The translations under genes were made by a program, and so were the position numbers. A DNA stretch of 24,000 nt. It comes from Gammaproteobacteria bacterium. GTDB lineage: Bacteria; Pseudomonadota; Gammaproteobacteria; Burkholderiales; Burkholderiaceae_D. Positions 1 through 8,128 of the stretch are shown here, piece after piece (the stretch's first letter is position 1; each line of letters begins with the position of its first letter). The notes beneath the pieces were generated by a model. That model did not search any database. It was not told the origin of the DNA and saw only the letters and a list, made by a program, of their open reading frames with translations. The DNA lies in the NCBI GenBank assembly GCA_903970185.1, contig CAJCIC010000052.1:46340-70339 (forward strand), written 5' to 3'.

Positions 1-799
1 GATCGAGTGGCACATTGCTGAAGGCACGGATGCGATCGTCGCCGTTGGCACTACCGGTGAATCGGCGACCGTGACGGTCGAGGAGCATGTCGAGTTGCTG
101 CGCGTGGCCGTCGAACACGCGGCGGGACGCATCCCGATCATTGCCGGCACAGGGGGCAATTCGACGGCGGAAGCGATCGAATTGACGCGCCATGCGCTAC
201 GCGTTGGCGCGAATGCCGCGCTTTCGGTCGTGCCTTATTACAATCGCCCGACGCAAGGCGGCTTGTTCGCGCATTTCAAGGCGATTGCGGAGGCGGTGGA
301 GTTGCCCTTGATCCTGTATAACGTGCCGGGCCGCACCGTCGCTGATGTCAGCAACGACACGGTGCTAAGGCTCGCGCAGGTGCCTGGAATTGTCGGCATC
401 AAGGATGCGACGGGAGACATTGGACGGGGATTGGCGTTGATCGCTGCGCTGCCGGAGTCGTTTGCGGTCTACAGCGGCGATGATGTTTCGGCGGTGGCGC
501 TGATGCTGCTTGGCGGGCGCGGCAACGTTTCGGTCTCGGCCAACGTCGCTCCTGCGGCGATGCAAGAGCTTGCCAAGGCGGCCCTCGCGGGCGATGCGGC
601 AGGTGCAAGACAGTGGCACCAGCGCACCTTGCCGCTGCATAAAAGTTTGTTCGTTGAACCGAATCCGATTCCTGTCAAATGGGCGTTAAATCAGATGGGC
701 CGGATCGGGGGCGGCATCAGGCTTCCCTTGGTGCCCTTGTCGGCAACCTATCATGAACCGGTGCGCGCGGCCTTAACGCGCTCCGGAATTGCGTTGTGA
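1..799 (+). CDS. dapA: 4-hydroxy-tetrahydrodipicolinate synthase (DapA), 5' end cut by window edge
   Basis: Frame 2 is open from nt 2 ([23 protein letters not shown]...), so the listed GTG at 71 is internal. Motifs GTTGES, YYNRPTQ and ILYNVPGRT are present, with the active-site Lys context GIKDATGD. It is followed by bamC, the conserved dapA-bamC(nlpB) pair. Confidence 0.9.
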   Translation, partial: IEWHIAEGTDAIVAVGTTGESATVTVEEHVELLRVAVEHAAGRIPIIAGTGGNSTAEAIELTRHALRVGANAALSVVPYYNRPTQGGLFAHFKAIAEAVELPLILYNVPGRTVADVSNDTVLRLAQVPGIVGIKDATGDIGRGLALIAALPESFAVYSGDDVSAVALMLLGGRGNVSVSANVAPAAMQELAKAALAGDAAGARQWHQRTLPLHKSLFVEPNPIPVKWALNQMGRIGGGIRLPLVPLSATYHEPVRAALTRSGIAL

Positions 800-821
800 A
801 TTCGAAATGGAATGTGTGAGC

Positions 822-2027
822 ATGATGAAATTACGCGGTATCCCGTTGGGTCTTGTGTTGGCGTCGCTGGCATCTGTCGCTTCGCTGTCCGCGTGCACGT
901 CGTTCACCGACGCATTTTCTGGCACCAAGATCGACTACAAGGCCAACAATCAAGGCCCGCAGCGCAACACGCTTGAGGTCCCTCCGGATCTGAGCACGTT
1001 GCCGCGCGATGATCGCTTCAATGTTCCAGGCGCAAACGGCGTCACGACATTTTCGACGTACACGCAGCAAAAGAACCAGGCCGCAGCAATCGGCCCGGTC
1101 GCGACCGGGCCGCAGGTCCTGCCGCAGCTTGCCGATGCCCACCTTGAGCGTGCAGGCGGGCAGCGTTGGCTGGTCGTGAGCCGCACGCCCGAACAGCTCT
1201 GGCCGATCCTGCGCGACTTCTGGCAGGAAAACGGCTTCCTGCTCAAGGTCGATTCGCCCGAGACCGGCATCATGGAGACGGACTGGGAGGAGAATCGCGC
1301 CAAGCTGCCGCTGGATTTCATCCGGCGCCAGCTCGGCACCTTTCTTGACAGCATCTACGATACGGGTGAGCGCGACAAATTTCGCACGCGCATCGAGCGC
1401 CGACCCGATGGCAGTTCGGAAATCTATATCAGCCATCGCGGCATGGTGGAAGTGGTCACGAGTCAGCAGAACCAGACCACGGTATGGACCACGCGCCCGT
1501 CCGATCCCGAACTCGAGGCCGAGTTTCTCAATCGACTCCTGGTCAAGCTTGGCACCGAAGAGGCGCGTGCCAAGATGATCGTGGCGTCGGCAAGCCCCGC
1601 TGCCGCAGCCGCGGGTGCCGCCGGGGCCGCCATTCCGGCGCAGCCGGCGCAGTCGAAATTCGTCGCCGGGCCAAGCGGCTCGAGCTATGTCGAACTGGCC
1701 GATCCGTTTGATCGCGCCTGGCGCCGTGTCGGCCTTGCCCTCGACCGGGTGAACTTTACCGTTGAAGATCGCGACCGCAACGCCGGAACCTATTTCGTTC
1801 GTTACGTCGATCCAAACGAGGATCCCGACAAGGACAGGCGCAACGTCTTCGGACGCCTTTTCAATTCCGACGACCCGAAGAAGCAGGCCCAGCAATACCG
1901 CGTGCTGGTCAAGACGCAGGCCGACAATGCGACCACCCGGGTGACGGTGCTCAACAAGACGGGCGACCCGGAAACGGGTGATGCCGGAACGCGCATTCTG
2001 ACGCTGTTGAACGACCAGCTGAAGTAG
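822..2027 (+). CDS. bamC: Outer membrane protein assembly factor BamC (NlpB-like lipoprotein)
   Basis: Lipoprotein signal MMKLRGIPLGLVLASLASVASLSAC (lipobox LSAC). About 400 aa with an Ala-rich linker. Lies immediately downstream of dapA. Start chosen at the ATG pair 822/825 rather than ORF-track 789. Confidence 0.75.
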   Translation: MMKLRGIPLGLVLASLASVASLSACTSFTDAFSGTKIDYKANNQGPQRNTLEVPPDLSTLPRDDRFNVPGANGVTTFSTYTQQKNQAAAIGPVATGPQVLPQLADAHLERAGGQRWLVVSRTPEQLWPILRDFWQENGFLLKVDSPETGIMETDWEENRAKLPLDFIRRQLGTFLDSIYDTGERDKFRTRIERRPDGSSEIYISHRGMVEVVTSQQNQTTVWTTRPSDPELEAEFLNRLLVKLGTEEARAKMIVASASPAAAAAGAAGAAIPAQPAQSKFVAGPSGSSYVELADPFDRAWRRVGLALDRVNFTVEDRDRNAGTYFVRYVDPNEDPDKDRRNVFGRLFNSDDPKKQAQQYRVLVKTQADNATTRVTVLNKTGDPETGDAGTRILTLLNDQLK

Positions 2028-2031
2028 CGCG

Positions 2032-2808
2032 ATGCGGTTTGCCTCGCTTGGCAGCGGAAGCGAGGGCAATTCCCTGGTGGTCGAGTCGACCTGCCAGGGC
2101 GTTGTTACGCGGGTCATGCTCGATTGCGGTTTTCCCCTGAAGGAAGTCGAGCGGCGCCTGCAAAGAATCAGCCTCTCGCCCGCGGACCTGGATGCGATTG
2201 TCGTGACCCATGAACACGGCGATCACGTCGGCGGCGTCTTCCGCCTCGCCAGGCGCTACGACTTGCCGGTGTGGCTGACCTATGGAACGGCACAGGCGAT
2301 CGGCAGCGAAGCCGACGGCGCAATGCTCAACTTCTGCCGTCCGGGCCATGCCTTTCGCGTTGCCGACCTGCAGATTCTCCCTTACGCAGTTCCCCATGAC
2401 GCGCGCGAGCCGGTGCAGTACGTGTTTAGCGACGGCCTGGTGCGCCTGGGCGTTTTGACCGATGCCGGGCGCAAGACCGCCCACATCGTCTCGACCTTGA
2501 GCGGCTGCGACGCGCTCGTGCTCGAATGCAACCATGACGCCGCCCTGCTCGAGGACTGCGATTATCCGCCCTCGCTGAAGTGGCGCATCAAGGGCGACTA
2601 TGGCCATCTGGCCAATCACACTGCAGCAGAGATCCTCGACGCGCTTGATCGGCGCCGGCTGAAAGTGATCGTCGCTGCCCACCTCAGCCGGCAGAACAAT
2701 TCGGCTGAGCTCGCGCGTGCGGCCCTGGCCCATGTCCTCAACGAGGCTGCGCACGCGATCGTGGTCGCGACCCAGGACGAAGGCCTGCCGTGGACCGCGG
2801 TCATCTGA
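2032..2808 (+). CDS. MBL-fold metallo-hydrolase
   Basis: 258 aa. N-terminus MRFASLGSGSEGNS and metal-binding motif THEHGDHVGG (HxHxDH) typical of the metallo-beta-lactamase fold. Starts 4 nt after the bamC stop. Confidence 0.8.
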   Translation: MRFASLGSGSEGNSLVVESTCQGVVTRVMLDCGFPLKEVERRLQRISLSPADLDAIVVTHEHGDHVGGVFRLARRYDLPVWLTYGTAQAIGSEADGAMLNFCRPGHAFRVADLQILPYAVPHDAREPVQYVFSDGLVRLGVLTDAGRKTAHIVSTLSGCDALVLECNHDAALLEDCDYPPSLKWRIKGDYGHLANHTAAEILDALDRRRLKVIVAAHLSRQNNSAELARAALAHVLNEAAHAIVVATQDEGLPWTAVI

Positions 2809-2848
2809 TCGGCTCGTGCAGTTGAGCACGCAGTCTGCAGCGCAAGGC

Positions 2849-4048
2849 ATGCGGCGGGGATTGTGGCTGGTTCTCGCCTCGCAGTTTCTCTCGACGTTTG
2901 CCGACAACGCGATGCTGTTTCTGGCCATCGCATTGCTCAAGGCTCGCGGCTCGCCGGCATTTCACATCCCCTACCTGCAGGAATCATTTGTCGCTGCCTT
3001 CATCTGCCTTGCGCCCTTTGTCGGACCCTTTGCCGATGCCCGCAGGAAAGGCAGCGTCTTGACGCTCGGAACGGTATTTAAGCTCAGTGGCGCGCTGATG
3101 CTCTTTTTGCAAGGCAATCCTTTCCTTTGCTACGGCGCGATTGGCATCGGGGCTGCAATCGTCTCGCCTGCAAAGAGTGGCATTCTGGGCGAACTTTGCG
3201 CGCCGGGCTGGCTTGTCAAGGCCAACAGCTGGCTTGAGGCATCGACCGTGATCGCGCTATTGGCCGGCGCCGTGCTCGGTGCACGCTACGCCGACCAGTA
3301 CGCTCATAACAGCGTCATGCTGCTTTGCGTGGTGTATTTCGTTGCCATGCTGCTGACGCTGGCGATTCTTCCCTTGGCGCCGACACGGCCGCGGCACCTG
3401 CGCGTCATCGCGCTTTTCGTCGCATTCTGGCCCACCGTTCTGACGCTGTTAAAGGACCGCGACGCACGCCTGTCGCTGCTGGGCACCGCGCTCTTTTGGG
3501 GCGCCGCTGCGGTCTTGCGTTTTCTGCTCATCGCATGGCTGCCTGCGGCGCTTGGCGTGCGCGATCTGGCGACAGCGGGTTATCTCACCGCCTCGACGGC
3601 CCTTGGCGTTGCCATTGGCGCAGTTCTCGCAGGCCATGCCGTGCCGATCGAACGCGTCTACCGGGTCCTTCCGGCGGGCGCACTGATGGGACTTCTGGTT
3701 GCAAGCTTTGCCTGGATCGACGGCATTCCGGTTGCGGTCGTGGCGCTGGTCGCGATCGGCGTTCTCGGCGGTTTTTTCATCGTGCCCCTCAATGCCCTGC
3801 TGCAGCGGCGCGGCGAAATCCTGATTGGCACGGGTGGTGCCATCGCCGTGCAAAACCTGGTCGACAACGCGGGCATGCTGCTGCTTGTGGGTGCTTATCT
3901 GTCAGCCACAGAATCGGGCCTGAGCGCACGTGCGGGAGCTTTTGTCGTGGGCGTGGCCATGGTCATCATGTCCTTGATCCTGATCCTGCATAACCGGTGC
4001 GCGAAAGGAACTTCAGGGGTTGCGGCGAGCGGCGCCGGCGAAAACTGA
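2849..4048 (+). CDS. lplT: Lysophospholipid transporter LplT (MFS)
   Basis: About 399 aa and polytopic. N-terminus MRRGLWLVLASQFLSTFADNAMLFLAIALLK resembles LplT. ATG at 2849 has AAGG upstream. An in-frame GTG at 2816 is an alternative start. The ORF-track start 2717 overlaps the MBL gene and is rejected. Confidence 0.7.
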   Translation: MRRGLWLVLASQFLSTFADNAMLFLAIALLKARGSPAFHIPYLQESFVAAFICLAPFVGPFADARRKGSVLTLGTVFKLSGALMLFLQGNPFLCYGAIGIGAAIVSPAKSGILGELCAPGWLVKANSWLEASTVIALLAGAVLGARYADQYAHNSVMLLCVVYFVAMLLTLAILPLAPTRPRHLRVIALFVAFWPTVLTLLKDRDARLSLLGTALFWGAAAVLRFLLIAWLPAALGVRDLATAGYLTASTALGVAIGAVLAGHAVPIERVYRVLPAGALMGLLVASFAWIDGIPVAVVALVAIGVLGGFFIVPLNALLQRRGEILIGTGGAIAVQNLVDNAGMLLLVGAYLSATESGLSARAGAFVVGVAMVIMSLILILHNRCAKGTSGVAASGAGEN

Positions 4049-4063
4049 ACCGTCAACGAAACA

Positions 4064-4097
4064 GCGCCCTCGCAAATCCGGAGATTTGCGGGGGCGC
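4064..4097. terminator. GC-rich hairpin between convergent lplT and the small lipoprotein gene
   Basis: GCGCCCTCGCAAATC-CGGA-GATTTGCGGGGGCGC: 15-bp arms, one mismatch, 4-nt loop. On the minus strand it is followed by TGTTTCGTT. There is no clean U-run on the plus strand. Confidence 0.5.
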
Positions 4098-4117
4098 TCA
4101 GATGCGTTGTCGATCCG

Positions 4118-4169
4118 AATTTTTCGTCGACTTTTCGGCGAAATTTTTCGGCGAAATTTTCGGATGCGG
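4118..4169. repeat. Tandem ~13-bp repeat with palindromic core TTTCG-N-CGAAA
   Basis: gaatttttcgtcgac / ttttcggcgaaa / tttttcggcgaaa / ttttcggatgcgg. Two exact central copies are flanked by degenerate ones, in the lplT/lipoprotein intergenic region. Confidence 0.7.
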
Positions 4170-4213
4170 TCGCCGCGCTGTGCCGCTGCGCGATCGACCG
4201 GTTGCTGTCGCGC

Positions 4214-4423
4214 TTACTTGGCCGACGTGCTCGCCGTATCGGGCGCGGACATCGTTGACGAACTCATGCCCGAGCTCATTGCTGACGAATCGGAAGGAGC
4301 TGCCATCGGGGCGGGTGCGGGCGCCGGTGCCGACATCGGAGCGGGCGCAGGCGTTTCATCTTTCTTGCCACAGGCGGTCATGGCAACGGCGAAAAGCGAG
4401 GCTGCCAGCAGAGTCTTGTTCAT
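4214..4423 (-). CDS. Small Pro/Ala/Ser-rich lipoprotein (69 aa)
   Basis: MNKTLLAASLFAVAMTAC (lipobox MTAC) followed by a low-complexity APAPAP/SS-rich tail. AAGGA lies 5-6 nt upstream of the ATG. High GC3 is consistent with host coding. Confidence 0.6.
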   Translation of the reverse strand: MNKTLLAASLFAVAMTACGKKDETPAPAPMSAPAPAPAPMAAPSDSSAMSSGMSSSTMSAPDTASTSAK

Positions 4424-4606
4424 GGTTTTCCTTCTTGTCAGTTGAAATTTGTAAAGGACGGAACGGCAAATTGTTGTCGCAACGGGGCGCGGAAACGCTA
4501 AAACGACGTTCGGGCTGCGGAAATTCTTCGCGTCACCAGAAGCCCAATCAAAGATTATAGAGCAAGCTTGCGCCTGTTCAAACTTCGCTACGGCCAGGTG
4601 AGCGAG

Positions 4607-5128
4607 CTAGCCCGACAAGCCAAGCACGGTGCCGGACAATCCCGCGGAACTCTCTTCCCAAACTGACAGGAACTGATCGACCCACGGGCCGACTTCGTTC
4701 GGGTGAAATTCAGCGACTCCGCGCATCGAATCGCGGTGAAATCTCCGCACCATTCGTGCCCGATCGACGATCACAAAACTGCAGTCCTCGGCAAAGCGCA
4801 TCGATAGCTGCTCAGGGGGTCGACGGCAAATCAGGGATTGTCCAAACAGTCGCAAAAGCCGCATGAAGCGCGCGGCCTCGGCCGCAAGATACTGGTCGTT
4901 GGCGACAAGCAGGTGAATGCGGTTGGCACGACTTGCAATCAGGAAGGCATGCATTGCATCTTCTGCCTCGCGGCTATTGATCGGCCACGGCCGAAAAGTC
5001 GCATCGGCGAGCCAGATCTCGCGTTGCGCGCTGCGGATCGCTGAAAAAAACTCCCGCTCGATGTCAGCCCGGTTCTCGAGCATGACGCCCTTTAACGCGC
5101 GGGTTTCGTCAATCGGTGCCGGCTCCAT
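4607..5128 (-). CDS. Hypothetical protein, degenerate PLD/Nuc-fold-like (HKD motif absent)
   Basis: Start taken at ATG 5126-5128 (MEPAPIDE...), with GGAGA (5134-5138) 5 nt upstream. This start overlaps the roxA 3' end by 20 nt. An alternative start is ATG 5083. The pattern FFSAIRSAQREIWLADATF...RIHLLVAND...CSFVIVDRARMV...FLSVWEES resembles a single PLD-superfamily domain in which the H-x-K is replaced (AEDC). Confidence 0.55.
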   Translation of the reverse strand: MEPAPIDETRALKGVMLENRADIEREFFSAIRSAQREIWLADATFRPWPINSREAEDAMHAFLIASRANRIHLLVANDQYLAAEAARFMRLLRLFGQSLICRRPPEQLSMRFAEDCSFVIVDRARMVRRFHRDSMRGVAEFHPNEVGPWVDQFLSVWEESSAGLSGTVLGLSG

Positions 5129-6254
5129 ATCGGTCTCCAAGTAGCAACCATCCATCTGCGAGCCATTCGCAGATCTGATGAATGAGTGCCGGCGAGGCAT
5201 CGCGGATGCCCTCGCCGGTGGCTGACCGGCGATTTGCAAGTCCGACCAGAAAGCGTCGCTCAAGGCCGCTCGCGCGAAGCGCCTCGCCGTTGAAGAAAAA
5301 GCGGGGGCCGCTAAAGAGCAGGGTCGAGCGCGGGTTGAGCGTGACCCCGACCTGACGCGCACGCGCGGCAAGTTGTCGTTTATCGCCCGATTCCCTGTCG
5401 TCAAAAAATACCGTCGGCTTGGGCTCGCTCAGGTAGGTGCCGAGGAATTCGATGACGGCGCTGCGCTTGAACTTCACCTTGGCGATATGGCGCTCAACGG
5501 CATCGATCAAGTGCTGATCGATTTCGCCTGCATCCCGGCATGCCTTGCGGCCGCGGTCACGGTAGCGGCCGGCAAGTTCGATGGTGTCGGCAGCGTGATG
5601 GAAGAACTCGCGCGTTGCCTCGGTAAAGGTCGGTGCGCGAAACCCGATCGAGGCGGTGATGCACGCAGTCATCGCTACCCCTTCGTGGGCAACCTGCGGG
5701 GGCAGATAAAGCATGTCACCGGGCTCAAGCGTCCATTCCTCGTCGGCTTCGAAATTCTCAAGAATCTTAAGCGGCAATCCGGGCTTTAGCGCCAAATCGC
5801 GCTGGCGGCTGGTGCGCCATCGCCGCGTGCCCTGGACCTGGAGCAAAAACACGTCATAGGAATCGACGTGCGCCCCGACCCCGCCGCCTTGCGCAGCGTA
5901 ACTGACCATGACGTCGTCAAGGCGCCAGCGCGGCAGGAAATCGATACTTTGCAGGAGCGCATCGGCTTCAGCTGACCACAGGTTGGCGCCTTGCACGAGG
6001 ACCGTCCAGTCGCGCGTTCTGCCTGGCAATCGCGCCTGTGGTCCAAAGCTGACTTTCCACTTCCCGCGATCTGCGCTGACGAGGCGCGCTTCGATGTCGG
6101 GGCGCGCGGCCAGCGTGGCGATTTCGGAGGGCGTAATCCACCCGCTTTTCCACGCGCGCCGCACCACCAGCGGTTTTTTTTGCCAGTAGTCGCGCAGAAA
6201 ACGCGAGGCGCTGATGTCGCCAAGAAGAGACCGTGATTGCGCGCGCGTGGGCAT
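5109..6254 (-). CDS. roxA: Cupin-4/JmjC ribosomal protein oxygenase (RoxA/YcfD-like, 50S L16 Arg hydroxylase family)
   Basis: 381 aa from ATG 6252-6254. Contains LLGDISASRFLRDYWQKKPLVVRRAW, the Fe(II) facial triad AHVDSYD (HxD) and a distal His in PPQVAHEGVA. The longer ORF-track N-terminus (to 6374) has no support. Confidence 0.75.
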   Translation of the reverse strand: MPTRAQSRSLLGDISASRFLRDYWQKKPLVVRRAWKSGWITPSEIATLAARPDIEARLVSADRGKWKVSFGPQARLPGRTRDWTVLVQGANLWSAEADALLQSIDFLPRWRLDDVMVSYAAQGGGVGAHVDSYDVFLLQVQGTRRWRTSRQRDLALKPGLPLKILENFEADEEWTLEPGDMLYLPPQVAHEGVAMTACITASIGFRAPTFTEATREFFHHAADTIELAGRYRDRGRKACRDAGEIDQHLIDAVERHIAKVKFKRSAVIEFLGTYLSEPKPTVFFDDRESGDKRQLAARARQVGVTLNPRSTLLFSGPRFFFNGEALRASGLERRFLVGLANRRSATGEGIRDASPALIHQICEWLADGWLLLGDRYGAGTD

Positions 6255-6345
6255 GCGCTGATTATGCCATCTGCGACTGCGCGCTTTTGTCTGTGCCGAT
6301 CTTCGGGTGTGGGATAATCGCGCTTCCGATCCGACTTGCAAAACC

Positions 6346-6879
6346 ATGAAAATCGCCAAGAACACCGTCGTCACGCTGACCTACCGTCTCACCGATGCGC
6401 AAGGCGAATTCATCGAGGAAACGGAAGAGCCGATGGTCTATCTCCATGGCGGCTACGACGGCATCTTTCCGCGCATCGAGCAAGCCCTCGATGGCAAGGA
6501 GAGCGGCTACAAATCAGTCCTGAATCTCGAGCCGCAAGACGCCTTTGGCGAATACGACGCCGACCAGGTGCGGGTCGAGCCGCGCTCGAAGTTTCCCGAG
6601 CCGCTTGAAATCGGCATGCGCTTTGAAGGCGTGCCAGAAGACCCCGAGGAAGACGTCGAGATCCTGACCGTGACCGACCTGACCGAAGATACCGTGGTGC
6701 TCGATGCGAACCATCCGCTTGCGGGCGTTGGCCTCAGGTTCGATCTCGAGGTGCTCGATGTGCGTGCGGCAAGCGAGGATGAAATCGAGCACGAACACGC
6801 CCACGGCGCCCACGATCACCATCATGACCACGACGATGACGAGCAGGCCGACGGCAGCCCGGGCAGCGCCTTGCACTGA
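6346..6879 (+). CDS. slyD: FKBP-type peptidyl-prolyl cis-trans isomerase SlyD with His/Asp-rich C-terminal tail
   Basis: MKIAKNTVVTLTYRLTDAQGEFIEE...VYLHGGYDGIFPRIEQAL is typical of SlyD. C-terminal metal-binding-type tail EHEHAHGAHDHHHDHDDDE. Start at ATG 6346. Confidence 0.85.
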   Translation: MKIAKNTVVTLTYRLTDAQGEFIEETEEPMVYLHGGYDGIFPRIEQALDGKESGYKSVLNLEPQDAFGEYDADQVRVEPRSKFPEPLEIGMRFEGVPEDPEEDVEILTVTDLTEDTVVLDANHPLAGVGLRFDLEVLDVRAASEDEIEHEHAHGAHDHHHDHDDDEQADGSPGSALH

Positions 6880-6891
6880 GAGTTTGTAACC

Positions 6892-6957
6892 GCGCGTGAC
6901 GCATCTCGGCAGAAAGCGCTCGCGATGCGCAAGCGCGCCGCCGGGGCGGACATTTTT
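6892..6957 (+). terminator. Putative slyD terminator region (compound hairpin plus T5)
   Basis: GCGCGTGACGCATC (6892-6905) pairs with GATGCGCAAGCGCGC (6924-6938): 6 bp + internal loop + 5 bp. A short CCGC/GCGG stem and TTTTT (6953-6957) follow. Confidence 0.35.
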
Positions 6958-7051
6958 GGTCTGAAACGGTTACACCCTGAAACCAACCGAACGTCGCAAC
7001 GCGCGTTAAATAAGCGTGTCCACGATGTTGTGGTTTTGCCAGGAGAAACTC

Positions 7052-7189
7052 ATGAAAAAGCTCATTGCACTTGCCGTTGTCATCGCCACGCTTGGCGGCT
7101 GCGCTGTCTATCCCGCTCCCTACTATGGCCCGCGCGTGGTCGTGGGCGGACCGTACTACGCTCCCCATCCTTACTACTATCACTGGTAG
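7052..7189 (+). CDS. 45-aa Tyr/Pro-rich small lipoprotein (below the ORF-track length cutoff)
   Basis: ATG 7052 is preceded by AGGAGA (7041-7046) at 5-nt spacing. Translation is MKKLIALAVVIATLGGCAVYPAPYYGPRVVVGGPYYAPHPYYYHW, with TAG at 7187-7189. It has a classic lipobox LGGC. Confidence 0.65.
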   Translation: MKKLIALAVVIATLGGCAVYPAPYYGPRVVVGGPYYAPHPYYYHW

Positions 7190-7210
7190 GCGCATGCTGG
7201 CGCTGGCGGG

Positions 7211-8128
7211 CTAGGCGGCCTGCGTGATCGGAAAGCGTTCTGCAAGTCGCAAGCGCGCCCGCTTCGCATCTGCGTCGCCTTGCAGTACGCCTTCGATCCA
7301 GCGCTCGCTCGCCTCGATCACGCCGCCATAGAGCGCGCGCGCGAGGTTGAACGCCCGATGCCCGGGCCACTCCGGCGGCAAGAGGGCATGCGGCAACTGC
7401 GGATCATGCAAGAGCACGCGGCGATAGGCGTGCACCAGCCTGACACGCAGCGCGAATGCTGCGATGTCCTGAAGTTCTCGGCAATTCTCAAGCGCAGGCG
7501 CAAAGTCATCGATGAACGTCAGATAGCGCCTGGCGAGCGCTGCAAGCTCAAATGAACGGCTCACGAGCGTCGTTAACGCCGCCTTTCCGAACGCGTCCTC
7601 GGCGCTGGCCTGAAACAGCGTCACTTCGGCGCGGGTGCGCGTTGACGCCAGGATTTCGCTGACCGCAAGACCCTGGCCGGCCGGATGGCCATACAGCCTG
7701 GGTGCGAATTCGGCAAATCCTTGCCAGCGCAATTCGTCGCACAGGGCCAGATAGCGGCTGCCCGTGAGCGAGGGCTCGAACAGCAGCAGGGTCCATTTGC
7801 CGTCCCAGTCGCGATTGCCACGCAAGTAGATGCGTGCGTCGGCACGCACGACGCGGCGCTCGCCATCGGGCGTTAGCCGGTAGCGGCTTTGCCGACCCAG
7901 GCGCCGGGCCGTGAGCCAGCCCTCCTGCGACAGGCGAAACGCCGTCGTGCGCACCAGCCGGTCATTAATCGCCAGCGCCTGCGCCAGCTCGATCAGCGTC
8001 GCGAGCCAGAATTCGTCGCCGTGCGGCGCGAGCACGTCACCCCATAAGGTCACGATCAGCGAGCGTGCCCTAGGCGGCGCGGCGCGAGCCGATCGGCTCG
8101 CCCTTGGCGCATCTCCTCCTCGCGGCAT
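7211..8128 (-). CDS. paaX: Phenylacetic acid degradation operon negative regulator PaaX
   Basis: [67 protein letters not shown] matches the PaaX N-terminal winged-helix region. It is divergent from paaA. Start ATG 8128 gives 305 aa; GTG 8176 is an alternative. No obvious SD for either. Confidence 0.8.
   Translation of the reverse strand: MPRGGDAPRASRSARAAPPRARSLIVTLWGDVLAPHGDEFWLATLIELAQALAINDRLVRTTAFRLSQEGWLTARRLGRQSRYRLTPDGERRVVRADARIYLRGNRDWDGKWTLLLFEPSLTGSRYLALCDELRWQGFAEFAPRLYGHPAGQGLAVSEILASTRTRAEVTLFQASAEDAFGKAALTTLVSRSFELAALARRYLTFIDDFAPALENCRELQDIAAFALRVRLVHAYRRVLLHDPQLPHALLPPEWPGHRAFNLARALYGGVIEASERWIEGVLQGDADAKRARLRLAERFPITQAA

Noticed and set aside
831-2117. 428-aa minus-strand ORF antisense to bamC. 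The same applies to 1951-2940 (-), antisense to the MBL gene and the lplT 5' end.
   Set aside because: These are typical high-GC shadow ORFs. They are Arg/Ala/Gly-rich with no recognisable motifs, and they fully overlap plus-strand genes that have clear family signatures.
3997-4560. Plus-strand ORFs 3997-4560 and 4020-4445 spanning the lplT 3' end and the intergenic region.
   Set aside because: They start inside lplT in another frame and give Arg-rich nonsense-like sequence. They cross the terminator hairpin and tandem repeat. The opposite-strand lipoprotein frame has an SD and a lipobox.
5129-5404. Upstream 92 codons of ORF 4607-5404 (-).
   Set aside because: This stretch lies entirely within roxA in another frame. 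An internal ATG at 5128 with a strong SD explains the gene better.
6280-6345. Possible slyD promoter (TTGTCT 6287-6292 and GATAAT 6313-6318).
   Set aside because: The hexamers are 20 nt apart, too far for a standard sigma70 promoter, so this was not reported as a feature.
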